Assembly: GCF_041956535.1 (NCBI RefSeq)
Contig: NW_027192204.1
Span: 499,140 to 563,139, forward strand
Direction: 5' to 3'
Origin: Calcarisporiella thermophila CBS 279.70
Taxonomy: Eukaryota > Fungi > Calcarisporiellomycota
DNA length: 64,000 nt
Made by a program: the position numbers and the translations under genes. This document shows, piece by piece, positions 49,948 through 61,851 of the stretch (the stretch's first letter is position 1; each line of letters begins with the position of its first letter). The notes beneath the pieces were generated by a model. The model searched no databases, was not told where the DNA came from, and worked only from the letters and a program-made list of their open reading frames with translations.

Positions 49948-51903
49948 CGTGTCTGGGTGCTGTGCTTGTGCGAGAGGGTTTGGAGGGGAATGAGAACAAC
50001 CGTAGGGGCGCAGAGGAGGCAGAGAGTAACAGGTGGCTGTGAGCAGCGGGGTCGATGGGGAGGATGCTTGGGGAATGGCGAGGACGAGGCAGAATCGACG
50101 GATGAGTAAGAGAGATCAAGGGGGGCAGTTGGAAGGGGACTTTGCTAGTCAAAAGGGAAGGATGGGAGACCCGAGACCAATCAGCGCGCGCAAGAGCATC
50201 GATATCCCATTTTCGTCGGAAAACTGTCGGATCAAAACTATTCATTTTTTGAAACCTTCACCTGATTCCTCCTGAGCCATCGCCAACCCCCCACTTGGGA
50301 GGTTGCGCACGACGTAATGGCGTAATGGCAAGCCCTTTAGAAACCGTCCCCTAGCCCGCCCGCCTTGGCTCCTCTTGAAGCCGCCCTTACCCGGCCGCCT
50401 TCACATGGGCTGCGGCCCTGCTCGCCGCCCTCCACCCAACATCTTGTGAAGCTTTGGACCTCCGCGCTGGGGCTTTATCAGCGCGGCCCGGCCTTGAATG
50501 GTGCGCCCGAGGAGGGATCCTCCGCAATTTTTTCTTCTTGCAGGCCCTGCCTTATCGGTGCGGGGAGATAGAGTTTCAAAAAAGGAAGGCAGATTGGTAC
50601 AACATTGCGAAACCAGAGTTAATTTCTGTCCTCCTTGCAAACTCTCGCCTTGATCCAAATCCTCCCCCCACGCCAGTCTCAACCGGCCGGGCTGGACGGC
50701 CTGCGGCTTGGCCGACTAGCCCCCTGCTTGAGGAGGCGCGGGGGATCGCTCGCATGCTTATCGTGCATATTCGCCTCGCCGGATATGCGGTGGATATTGA
50801 TGTGCGCAAGTGCTGCCATTTGTCTCTCGTTACCCAACGCTACAGATTACAGATGGTGGCTGCGGTGGTGCTGCAGATATTGCTTCTCTCTCGCTTCTCC
50901 ACTCTAGCAATGCTCCGTTAGCCGGCGCCTAATTCTGGGCTGGCCTATAAGGATAGGGGAAGGAAGGGCCTTCATATGGGCCCGTTCTTGTAGAAGCCGC
51001 TGCCGAGATCTGAGTCACGGCCTCGGCCAGGAAGACTCATGCCCGCCCGCGCCACACAGCTCCTGTTTCTTGCATAAGCGAGCAGGACGCGCCTACAGAA
51101 TTGGCCATCTCATCTATTTGGGTTCAAGGCATAAGCAGTCCGTTCCCGAACTCAATTGGCCACCACTTGGCTCTAATCTATCCTAATGGACGGGGCGATT
51201 TGCGACCGCACATGGAACCACAGCTCAAGATCCGGCCTGGGCCGACTCTGCTCGAACCGACTCGATCCAACCCCGCTTCGACCCTCTCTAGGCAGCCAAA
51301 ATGGCCGCAAGCGCAAGTAGCGCAGATGGTGGACCCTTGTAGAGTTGAACAGCGTATGGCCAGACTGTTCTCTTAAACATGCTCCACCAGAATCTGGCTA
51401 CCGGTGTTGCCAAGACACTGGATCATCTATCTTCCGTTTATATGGCTGCTTGCACCCATTCACGAGATACTTCGAATATCTCATCCCCATCCTCAGAGCT
51501 CTCCAGGCTATCCCATCCATAGTCAGTGCCCCCAGTTTGGGTCTACTTTTTACTTCCTGTCTTCTCACGGATGGCCTTCTTGGGTAAAGCCCGCTTATCA
51601 TGCAAAAAGATGACGTCATATTTCATTCTTGAGACCATTTTGTTTATCTATACACACACATGCACGAGCGCATATGAAATGAAGAGGACATGCCCCTACG
51701 AAACACGAAATCCCTTTCTTATCCAAAAAAAAACCTTCTCTAAAAAAACAATGGTTCCACTATATACTTTATTTTAAAGGGGACAGAAAACGAACCAAAA
51801 TAAACGGTAAAGAAAATAGGAAAAGAAAATGGCGAAAAAGCGGGAAAAAAAAAGACTAGAGTGAAAAGAAAATAAAGTACACCTTACCTGCGCCCTTTTT
51901 TTT

Positions 51904-53116
51904 TTACTCTCCTGATTTTGCTTTCTTGGCCGCGTTTCCGTTCTATAGAAAACGGGAAATACAAGAGTTTAGCGGGACATCTACTGCTGCACCTTTCACT
52001 GGAGGCATTTCGCTGGGGCCTCTCTATCCCTCCTTACCTCTGACAATCCGAATCGTTCCGCTCGCTTTCTCCTTTTTTCCTCTTCCTCCGGGTCTATGGG
52101 CGCTGTCGATTTGGTCTGCGGCTGTGCTGCGCTCGGCGGCTTCTTTTGCGGTGGTTGTGACGGCGCTGACTGCTGCTTACTCAAAAATTCAGGCGCCTTG
52201 TTCACAATACCAAACCGCTCTTGTCGTTTCTTTAGGGTTTCAGGATCCAAGCTCTACCATGAAATAGAAGGAGATCAGCGATGTTGCGGCTTCCCTACGT
52301 ATCATCTAGGGGCACAAGACTTACCGTTTTGGGATTTTCGACGGGCGTCGCTGTCTTTGCGGGTGCCTCCTCTTTTCCTCCTTTCATCCCAAACTTGGTC
52401 GCGCGCTCTTTTCGCCTCTCTTCCTCTGACAGCGGAATCCCGAAACGCGCCGCACGCTGGCGCCGCTTTTCTTCCTCAGAATCAACCTTGGATGCGGCTT
52501 GGGGCCCCGAGAACGATATGGGCACGTATTTGAAATTGGATCCTTCCTTTTGAACCACCTTAGGCTCCTCTGCTGGCGGTGGTTTAGTCTCGTTGTGCGG
52601 TTGAGATTGCGGAGCGGCGAGTGGTGGGTTGGAGTTGGTTGGGTTGGCGGAGGCTTGAACCTTGGAAGAATCCATAAGCGACTCTATCTTGGGCGGTGCC
52701 AGATCACTAGAAAGCAGAGCAAAAGGACCCGTTAAAAAACTCCCATTCCATAACTCCAACATGATTGGAAGTGAAAAAAAGCAGTAATATATCGCATACT
52801 CTATATTGAAATCATTAGGGGGGGCCAGATGGGCAAATTCATCCCCCGACTGCTGATTATTTGTAGCTGAAGCGCTGTTATTAGCATTGGCAGCATCATA
52901 CTGCGTTAGGCGCTCGATGAGCTCTTCCTTCTTTCCAGTGGTGGGCAGACCCGCTTTCTGGAGGAGTTCCTTTAGTTCCACCACTAGATGGACCATCGAC
53001 AAGATTAGATGAAGCAAACGCGAAGTGCTCGGAATGATCCGAGAGATGGGCCGAAAATAATAGCATGTTTGGAAAAACCTACCTTTCAACGCTTTATACT
53101 TTGTTTCGGATGACAT
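51904..53116 (-). CDS. THO1: SAP-domain mRNP protein Tho1/SARNP (CIP29)
   Basis: YKALK|VVELKELLQKAGLPTTGKKEELIERL (SAP domain) plus repeated KRxxRAxRFG motifs (Tho1/MOS11 C-terminus). Confidence 0.88.
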
Positions 53117-53279
53117 GAAAATAGATATCTTAGCTTACGGCTACAATGGTGCTCTTATTTTTATTTTTTATGAATCATGAAAAAAAAAATAGCGAAACAA
53201 AGAAGAGACGAAAGGGGGACCGGCAAAAGTTTAAGATGATTATCAGAAAAATAAATAGCTCTATTACATCAGGTGAAGT

Positions 53280-54264
53280 CTACAGGGTTGAAAGATTTAC
53301 AAATTGGCTCAGGAAATCGACGTAAACTTTTCTTGCAGCAGCAGTGGACGGAATGAAGTGGCTGTTGAGGAGAGCGTAAACAAGGGGTGAGTTAGAGGCT
53401 TTAGCTAGTGGAAAAGACAGGAGCATCCATGGACTCACCCGCCTTCGTGCCTGTATATTCTTGGGTTCTCAAAATGGGAGGAGAGTTCCTCCGACCTCTC
53501 TGTATTTCATGATAGCTTAGTTTAGCCTTTTTGCTTCCGAATAGGCCTGTTTCCGTCGCTAGCAGCACTTACCGGGCGAAACCACCACGTCCAGATTCCC
53601 AAATACATGCAGCGACGGCGTCTTCACTTTGGGGCTATACAAGCTTTGCAAGGTCTGGGGCCGGGCCATAAACCCTCCCACCAGCCAACAGAACTTGAAT
53701 GAGGGATGCTGGCACCCCGGTAGCTTCTCGCGATGAGTTTCAAGCAAGGACGTGAGTAAGGCAGCCATACACGCTCCCTGTGAAAACCCCATAACTCCAT
53801 CGAAGGGGCCCTGGGAATCAAGAATGCCGGAGAGATAAGTGAGGGTATCCGAGAAATTAGTATATTCAGTGCCTTCATCATTGCTCCTGAACCAGGCGAG
53901 AGGAATGTTCTCTAAAATAAAATGGGCATACGCATATTAATACCACGAAACACGGAGATGAAAAAAAATGAAGTATGGAATGTATGCAGAATAAGAAGGG
54001 GAGCCGAACCTGGGTCATCTAATATATCTTCATTATTTTCTTCTTTGACTCCTTCCTCTGGTATCGGGACCGGAACGACGATCGGTGCCGGAACAAAGAC
54101 TAGCTTTCAATTAGTCGCCATGGTCATGGAGAGGGGAACAGTTCAGCATTATCCTTACTCATTTCAGCCATTTTGCCGAGTGCTTGCCTCCGCAGGGCAC
54201 CTGTCTTCTTGTACAATATGCGGTCGTTTTGAAAATAGCCATGGAGTGCTAAAATTCGGAGCAT
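53280..54264 (-). CDS. FSH1/OVCA2-family serine hydrolase
   Basis: Spliced MLRILALHGYFQN..., GPFDGVMGFSQGA, PSLHVFGNLDVVV, HEGG|HFIP. Confidence 0.88.
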
Positions 54265-55336
54265 TCTATTAGGCTGAATGAAGGGGAAGGCGAAAGACAA
54301 GAAGAAATCGAGTGCAGAAGCGAGAAATTGACAGTTGAAGTGGCTTATTAATCAATCAAGGGAAACCATATTATTAATGTCCATTGAAGGGATAGACTCT
54401 CCATTTCGCACAAGTCTTAATAGATTGAAGATAAATTTCGTGTATAAAAGCGGTTCGATACAGCTCTTTCCCTTGATTAAGTTGGATCCAATGTAGCAAT
54501 TGAAATGAGTGTGAAATAGATTAGGATGGTTTCTTCCTTCTGCTTCTGGGAGCTAGCAAAGTTTCCCCAAGTTTTGTCGAGCAGCGATAAACGTAATCGA
54601 TTCCACAACTGTCTCCATAAGTATGCCTACCGTGTTTTCGTCTTCTTTTTAGCCAGAGCTTACAAGCCACTCTCGTAGTGCTTTAACACTAGCGCCTTCA
54701 CGTAGATCAAGGGGCTTAAAATGTGGAGAGGAGATGTGGTAGGGACAAATATATATCACGAATACATCCATGAGAGGCTGGGCATCCAATAGGTAATTTT
54801 GTCTAAACTTAACGGAACTATGCGGCTGAACTTAGCAAAAAATGACTCCATAATAAAAGGTTTTGCCGGTCGTATCCTAAAGTTATATCGGGAAAAGCTG
54901 GCTCGAGTGTTTGAGATGTATCTATCCATGCCCCAAAGTGCAGGTCGACGTTATCACCCCTCCCTCCCCATTAATCGAATTCACACGGGATAGCTAACCA
55001 CCCCTCCTTGCTAAATAATGGAGTCTCTATGGGGACCTGTCTTGTTCGCCTATATCCATCTGAATCGAAATTGAGCGCTGCCGTGCCATGGATTGGAAAA
55101 CGTAGTTGGCCTAACTCATCCCTAAGAATCCCGAATCAAGGATCGCAGTCACTCGCAGATTTCCTAAACGGAGATTGCTGACTCTATTAATAATTTGCCG
55201 CCAAAACATATATATTGAGTTTCGAAGGCGTACTTGCCACTCTCTTGGTCGATAACTAATACACCTCCATTCTACCTCCCTCCCCTCTCTCTATATTGCC
55301 TATTTATCGCTTCTTTACTCGACTGCTTGGAACATC

Positions 55337-56595
55337 ATGACCCAAATTTCCTCCCCACTCTCCTCTGGCCATTTCAACCAGAAAAAAGCCCCCACCGCCA
55401 CCAAGTTCATTTCCTCTCGGTCATTCATTGCACCTTCCGCTTCCGAATCTTCTGGCATCAAGCTCTACTCCCCGGCCTATTTTGAACTCTGTGCTATTGG
55501 TGGTATGCTCGCTTGTGGGCCCACCCACACTCTCGTTACCCCTCTAGACCTTGTCAAATGCAGACGCCAGGTCAACGCAAGCCTCTACAAAGGAAACTTT
55601 GACGGCTGGGCAAAGATTTACCGGGCCGAAGGCTTACGGGGCGTATTTACCGGATGGGGGCCTACTGCGATCGGTTATTCCCTTCAAGGCGCCTTCAAAT
55701 ACGGGTTCTATGAGGTACCACTCTAGGCTCTGGCTTATTTTATTCGTGTGAAAATGATGAAACTAAATCGCGTGACTCTCTTTTACCCTTAATTTTACTC
55801 ATCGATAGTTGTTCAAACACCAATACTCCGAGCTGGTGGGAGCGGAATATGCCCACAAGTACCGAGATTTGGTGTACATTGCCGCTTCCGCTTCGGCCGA
55901 ATTCTTTGCGGATATTGCGCTGGCGCCTTGGGAAGCGCTCAAAGTCCGAATGCAAACCAGCGTTCCGCCCTTTGCTGCCACTACTCGAGAGGGCTTTGTC
56001 AAATTGAAGAATGCCGAGGGGTTAAATGGATTCTACAAGGGATTGGCGCCGGTAAGGGACACTTGCTCGCCCTCCCCCCCCCCATAGTGGGCCAGATACT
56101 AATCAACAGGATCTTCTTGTTTAGCTTTGGACCCGTCAAATTCCTTACACGGTGGTGAAATTCTTGACGTTTGAACGTGCCGTTGAAACCATCTACTCTT
56201 TCCTCCCTAAGGAAAAGCAAGAGTACAACAGCCTGCAGCAGCTCTCCGTCTCTTTCGCAGGCGGGTATTTTGCCGGTGTGCTTTGTGCAGTCATTTCCCA
56301 TCCCGCCGACGTAGTGGTCTCCAAGCTAAATAACGCAAAGTCCGTGGAGGGAGAGTCCACTGCCGCGGCAATCTTGCGAATTTCCCGACAGCTTGGCTTC
56401 AAGGGAATGTGGACAGGGCTGGGCACGAGGATCATTATGATCGGAACCCTGACCGGCTTGCAATGGTATGTGTTCAACAAGAATTTGCTCGAAACTAGTC
56501 TTTCCCAAAGGTTCTAACTTGGAACTCGTATCAATAGGCTGTTCTATGACACCTTCAAGGTCCAGGTTGGCCTTCCCACTACGGGAGGACACTAA
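55337..56595 (+). CDS. PIC2: Mitochondrial phosphate carrier (SLC25A3/Pic2-like)
   Basis: ACGPTHTLVTPLDLVKCRRQV, GYSLQGAFKYGFYE, AEFFADIALAPWEALKVRMQT, RQIPYT, IMIGTLTGLQW, GLPTTGG. Confidence 0.92.
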
Positions 56596-57038
56596 GGAGA
56601 GCCACTCTTTACCCTGGTCCTCCCTTTGTCCTCTTGCGGTCCCATTGCCATCTTATTGAATCTTTGTTGTCAGGTTTATGATTTTCGCACCAACTATGGT
56701 GATTTTGTATCATTTGTTATTTTATTCATTTCTTTTTCTACTGCAATAGATGGGTGTATGCCTTTTATCAAACCGTGTGTTGCTTTCTATTAGTTTGTAA
56801 ATAAAATAAAGTCTAACAGCAAGCACTATATCTATAAGCAAAGCATCGTGTGGGATGGATTGGTAGGGTTGTAGGGTTGAAGGGAGTTGCGGTGCGGTAT
56901 GGCAGCCATTTTTTTCCCCATAGTGGACTTGGATCCTAGTCTATCGCATTTCAATTTCTTAATGATGGCGAGGGCAGTCACATAAAACAATGCTCATCAG
57001 TGGCAAAAACCGCAGGCTTCTATTCTCTAGAATTATTG

Positions 57039-60000
57039 ATGAGATGGAATATGACGATGCGCCATAAATTGCTCCCTAGCCCTCTCCTCCTGCGTCCTCG
57101 CCTTTTACCCCCACCTCCCTACTTTTGCCGCCTGCACCTCCGGTTCCTCTCGGTACCTCAGCATAAGCCAAAGCGGGGAAGGCGGAGAACGATTACCGTG
57201 GAGGAGTTGGGGGTGGTGGGTAAAAATGTAGTGCCACTGCCTCTTTTGGAGGAGAATCAGCCAAAAAAGCGAACAAGGGCACGGAAGAAGAAGGTGGCCG
57301 AAAATGAAGAGGAGCTAATAGGGGAGAAGAAGAGTGCCAATGTCGAGCCCAATATGGAAGAGATGGGTAAGAGCGGCAGCAAGAGTGCGAAAACCGGCGA
57401 TGATCCAAAAAAGGAGGGCGAAATGGCACCCACCAAGATGTTGAAGATAGTGCGGCACAATCGGGAAATGTACCCTCACTGCGTGCTGCTCACCGAGGTT
57501 GGCGAGTTTTATGAGGTAAGAATACCGATTGAGAGCCAATCTCCTGAGCATTTCATCCATCTCTGCCGCCGATTAGCTCTACGAGGACCAAGCTGCAGAA
57601 ATTGGGCCGCTTCTTGACCTCAAGGTTACCCTCAAGACATTCCGCAAACAGGCCATTCCATTCACCGGCTTCCCTTCGCGCCACCTGGATCGATACTTGG
57701 AACTGCTTGTCAACAAGCTCGGGCGACACGTTGCACTCTGTGAACAGCTGGGGCGGGGGGTGGATGTGCCAAGGCGGGTAACGCGCATCATCACGCCGGG
57801 AACCTTGGTGGATGAGGGCTTTCTCGATCCGCACGAGAACAACTTTTTGTTGGCGATCACACACGAGATGGGGGAACAGGGGCGGATCGGGCTTGCCTGG
57901 CTCGATCTTTCCACGGGCGATTTTGTCACCTCCACCTCGAGCGCAATGACCCTTGACGACGATCTGGCACGCATCCGGCCACGAGAGATCATCATCCCGG
58001 GGGACAGCAAAAAGCTGCTCGCGCTGCTCCAGAAGGAGGAGGATCCCACCTCGCCGTCCTATGCGCTTACCCAGCGCCCCCTATCTGCCTTTGAGAACAC
58101 CTCTGCTCTGCTGACTCTTTTTCCCGACTTAAGGGCGAGCGAACCGGAGCAGCGTGCGAGTGCGGCGCTTCTGGAATACGTGGACAGCACTCAGATGGGG
58201 CAGCGGCCTCGGCTAAGATCGCCGATACGGTTCAGCGGGGAAGAGGTGATGCGAATAGACCGGAGCACCCTGAAGTCTTTGGAGCTTGTGAGCAATTTGC
58301 GGGAGGGTGGGAAGAAGGGAAGCCTGCTGCATGTCTTGGATCGAACCACCACCCGGGCGGGCTCTCGGCTGTTGACAGAATGGTTAAGTGCGTAGAAAGA
58401 AAATATTGCTACCTCACTGATGTTTCACAGCTCTAACCGGAGAGGCTTTTTTTATGCGTTTTCGCTTTCTCCTCTAGCGTCTCCCCTAACGGACGTCTCT
58501 CAGATCAACGCACGCCTCGACCTGGTCGAGTTCTTTCACTTCGAATCCCACCTCCTTGATGACTTGCGAGCCACCTTGCGTGCATCGGGGGATGCACAGC
58601 GCGCCATCCAGCGCCTGTCCCTTAACCGCGGCCGCCCTGGAGATCTACTCGATGTGCGATATACGATCGAAGCGATGGAGAAGGTGCGAAACCAGTTGCA
58701 GCGAGAAATGGCGCGGAAAACGGTCCCACCCTCGGTGATGGCATGCGTGGAGGGGCTGAGGCCACCGTTAGAGGTGGCCAGGGCGATTGAGCAAGCGTTT
58801 GAGGAGGGACGGGTGAAGAATTCCAGCACAGCTCCGAATGCGCCGGGGAATGAGGCCGGCTATGGGAATGTCAAGCGCGAGTTCAATGAGCGGTTGAAGG
58901 AGCTGTACGCGAAGCTGGAGCAGTTGTTGCGTGAGAAGGACCGGCTCCAGGATCGATATCGCGCGGAGTTCTCCGCGCCCCAGCTCGTGCTGCTCACCCA
59001 TGCCCAAACTCGCCACGTCATCGAGGTTTCGCACCGCGAGTCCTCCCTCCTCTCGTCGTCCCCCCGGGTCACGCTGGTGCAGCATAACCAGACGAAGCGT
59101 CGGTACCAGACACAAGAGTGGGTCGAGCTGTCGCGGGAGATCGAGGAGACCCATGCCCGGCTGATGGAGGAGGAGGCGCAAGTGTTCGAGAGCATACGGG
59201 AGATGGTGATGCGCGAGGCGGCGGGCATTATCGAGAATTGCCGGATGCTGGCGCGAATGGACGTGGCGGCCGCGTTTGCGTTCTTGGCCCGAGAGAAGGG
59301 GTATGTTCGCCCGCGGGTGCTCGAGGATTCGCAGCGGCACATGGTGCTGCACGGGAGGCACCCCGTGGTGGAGCACGTGCTCCAGACACGGAGCAAGATG
59401 TTTGTGAAGAACGACTGCGTGCTGGACGAGGAGCGCGTATGGCTGCTCACGGGGCCCAACATGGGCGGCAAGTCCACGTTCCTGAGGCAGAATGCGCTGA
59501 TGTGCGTGATGGCGCAGATAGGGTGCTTCGTGCCGGCGGAGCGGGCGGAGCTGGGGGTCGTCGACCGGCTCTTCAGCCGGGTGGGGGCCTCGGACTCCCT
59601 TGCACAGGATCGCTCGACCTTCATGGTGGAGATGCTGGAGACGGCGGCGATTCTTCGCGATGCGACGCCGCGATCGCTGGTGATCATGGACGAGGTGGGG
59701 CGCGGGACCGCCCACTTCGACGGGTTGTCGATAGCGTACGCGGCACTGCGGCATCTCTTCCATCGGCGCGGGTGCAGGGTGTTGTTTGCCACGCACTACC
59801 ACGAGCTGGCCGACATGATCGGCCGCCAGGAGGGGATCGGCTGCTACCACACGGGCATGGGGGAGGACGTGGCGGGGGGCGGGTTCCGCTTCGTCCACAA
59901 GCTGCAGAAGGGCGTGTGCCGCAAGTCCTACGGGCTGGTGGTGGCCCGCATGGCGGGGGTGCCGGAGGAGGTGCTCCGGGTGGCGGGGGACACCATGCGG

Positions 60001-60114
60001 TGGCTGGAGGAGCGCGAGCGCATGAAGAACTGGCTCTTGATGCGAGAGGAGAAGAGGCTGGAGGAGGGGGAGGCGGCTGAGGATTTGAAACGGGAGGAGG
60101 CCCGGCCCGGCTAG
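57039..60114 (+). CDS. MSH1: Mitochondrial MutS homologue Msh1
   Basis: Presequence-like N-terminus; VLLTEVGEFYE|LY, GFP...LDRYL..LV, RRVTRIITPGTLVDE, LTGPNMGGKST, STFMVEM, MDEVGRGT, FATHYHEL. Exact start codon uncertain. Confidence 0.9.
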
Positions 60115-60465
60115 TACACGGCCACGAAAAACGGCACCTCCTCGCCTCCTCCCCCACCCCCTACGGCATCCCATGTACTCTACCAACCTCATCCTCGTTC
60201 TTGCACCCTTTTCTCTCTTTTTTTTTTTTCCTCTATTGCTGCCCTTTTCTTTTTCTTTTTTTCTCGCTTTGGTTCCCTGAAGACCTGTAACACTAGAAAG
60301 CGCCAGGGATGCTCCCTGTTCTTTATTTTCTTTGGATGGTTGAATTGCTTAAGATAGTATTAGGGGATCATGACATTTCATTTCGGTGGAAATAAAAAAT
60401 GGGTAATATACAACATCTGCATAGAGCAACATAAACGCCATGGCGTTTGCTTCCTAGGGGCAGCG

Positions 60466-61004
60466 CTACCTTGGCAAGTTTCCCCAATCTTCCGCTTCAT
60501 CTCTCCACCAAGCTATAGTATAGGCAAGGGCCGCGATGAAATAATACAAGCTCGAATTCATGGTTTGCACACCCAGGAAGGCTATCATCGAGACGGCAGT
60601 CAGTCCGATGGCGCGAGGGAGATGGAAATGCGACAGCTTATATAGAGGGCCGAGGGGTAGTTCGAGGGCCAGGATGATGATGGCAGTGGTTCTAGTAGCA
60701 AAGAACAAAATTAGAGATGATTAGACAATGAACACGGGGATGGCCGGGTGGACAAGGGATATTACAAGGTAATGAGCGGAAGAATTGGAACCGGGAAGAA
60801 GAGGAAGTTGGTCGCGCGGGTCCAAAATCCAAACGTAGGGGAGGGGTCGAAAATCCCAAGCAGGCTACCTACCACTTGGACTTAAAGAAACAGACATTAG
60901 CTTGGGGAAAGAGGGGAAGGATGGATTGCAATTGATGTCATACTGAATGTGGCAGCAAGGGCGACTGTGCGGCCCCACATACTCCATCGAAGTTTATTTC
61001 CCAT
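60466..61004 (-). CDS. NADPH-oxidase partner subunit p22phox/NoxD (Pro41/HAM-6)-like membrane protein, 3 exons
   Basis: Spliced product MGNKLRWSMWGRTVALAATFIQVVGSLLGIFDPSPTFGFWTRATNFLFFPVPILPLITLTTAIIILALELPL...PR...GVQTMNSSLYYFIAALAYTIAWWRDE. It matches, from memory, the NoxD pattern (P.PIL, LA.E.PL, Q..N.LYY.I) and the p22phox N-terminal W-x-MW. Confidence 0.75.
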
Positions 61005-61851
61005 GTCGATGCTTTGAGGCGGATGAAAGGGTGCGAGAGAGCAGAGAACAGTTGGGATTATGGGAAAGGATTCACCGGGAATCAACCGATAAAGAAAACA
61101 AGGGGATGGGATGGCGAGCCAGCGACCACGAGGAGGGAATGAGTGCAAGAGGAGAGAAGATGTTCACCAGGAACTCTTTAAGGGGATTTTCGCCAGGAAA
61201 AAAGGGATTGGGAGTTAAAGAAGAGAAGGGGAGGGCTTGAAATCTGGAATTTATAGGGTTGCGCAAATGGGTTAAACTGTGTAGCTAACAGGAAAGTTTG
61301 GTTCTCAAAGGTGATTGGTCTGATGCGTGGCCCGTGGTTCATATCTTCAGGGAAGCATTCGGTGGGAGGAGGGCCTAGTAGAGCAGCCCTGGCCCAGCCT
61401 CTTTCCTTGCGCTCTAGTGAAATGGAATGAGCTCGCTCTGCAATAGCATAGGGCAGCGGGAGAGATTAGCTTGAGAATGGAATGGAGCTGGTTCCTTTCG
61501 CATTCTATGCATTAGACCCCCCGTTAGCATCTCCGACCACGGTGGCATTATCGGATTTCAGAGTTTCCTCTTTCACATTCGATAGGATCCCTCGCAGGCG
61601 TGCGAATGGCATACGGCTGGGCTCAGGCTGGGCTGAATGGAGTTGTGTTATCGGTCCTGACAGTAGCGCATGTCTGGAGACGCTATCTGAAACTCGGCTG
61701 CAAGTCAGGAGAGAGGGGGATTCATCACCCATCTTCGATTGGAGCCGGTTTTTCGGTAAAAATTCACGGCCAGCCGATTCTATTGACATCACCCGGTTTG
61801 CGCCTTATAAATTGACATCCCATACTCATTTCCGTAATATGAATCGCGATC

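Noticed and set aside
54395-54730. Possible RNase MRP RNA (CTCTCCA/TGGAGAG closing stem, AAGTTTCCCC...GGGGCTTA pseudoknot-like pair)
   Set aside because: The 5' motif has three Us where the consensus GAAAGUCCCC has one, the 3' flank deviates, and no convincing P2/P3 helices were seen. An Infernal RNase_MRP search would settle it.
58768-60192. Long antisense and alternative-frame ORFs over MSH1, INO80, GT32 and the coiled-coil gene
   Set aside because: Shadow ORFs caused by high GC3 of the real genes; no recognisable motifs.
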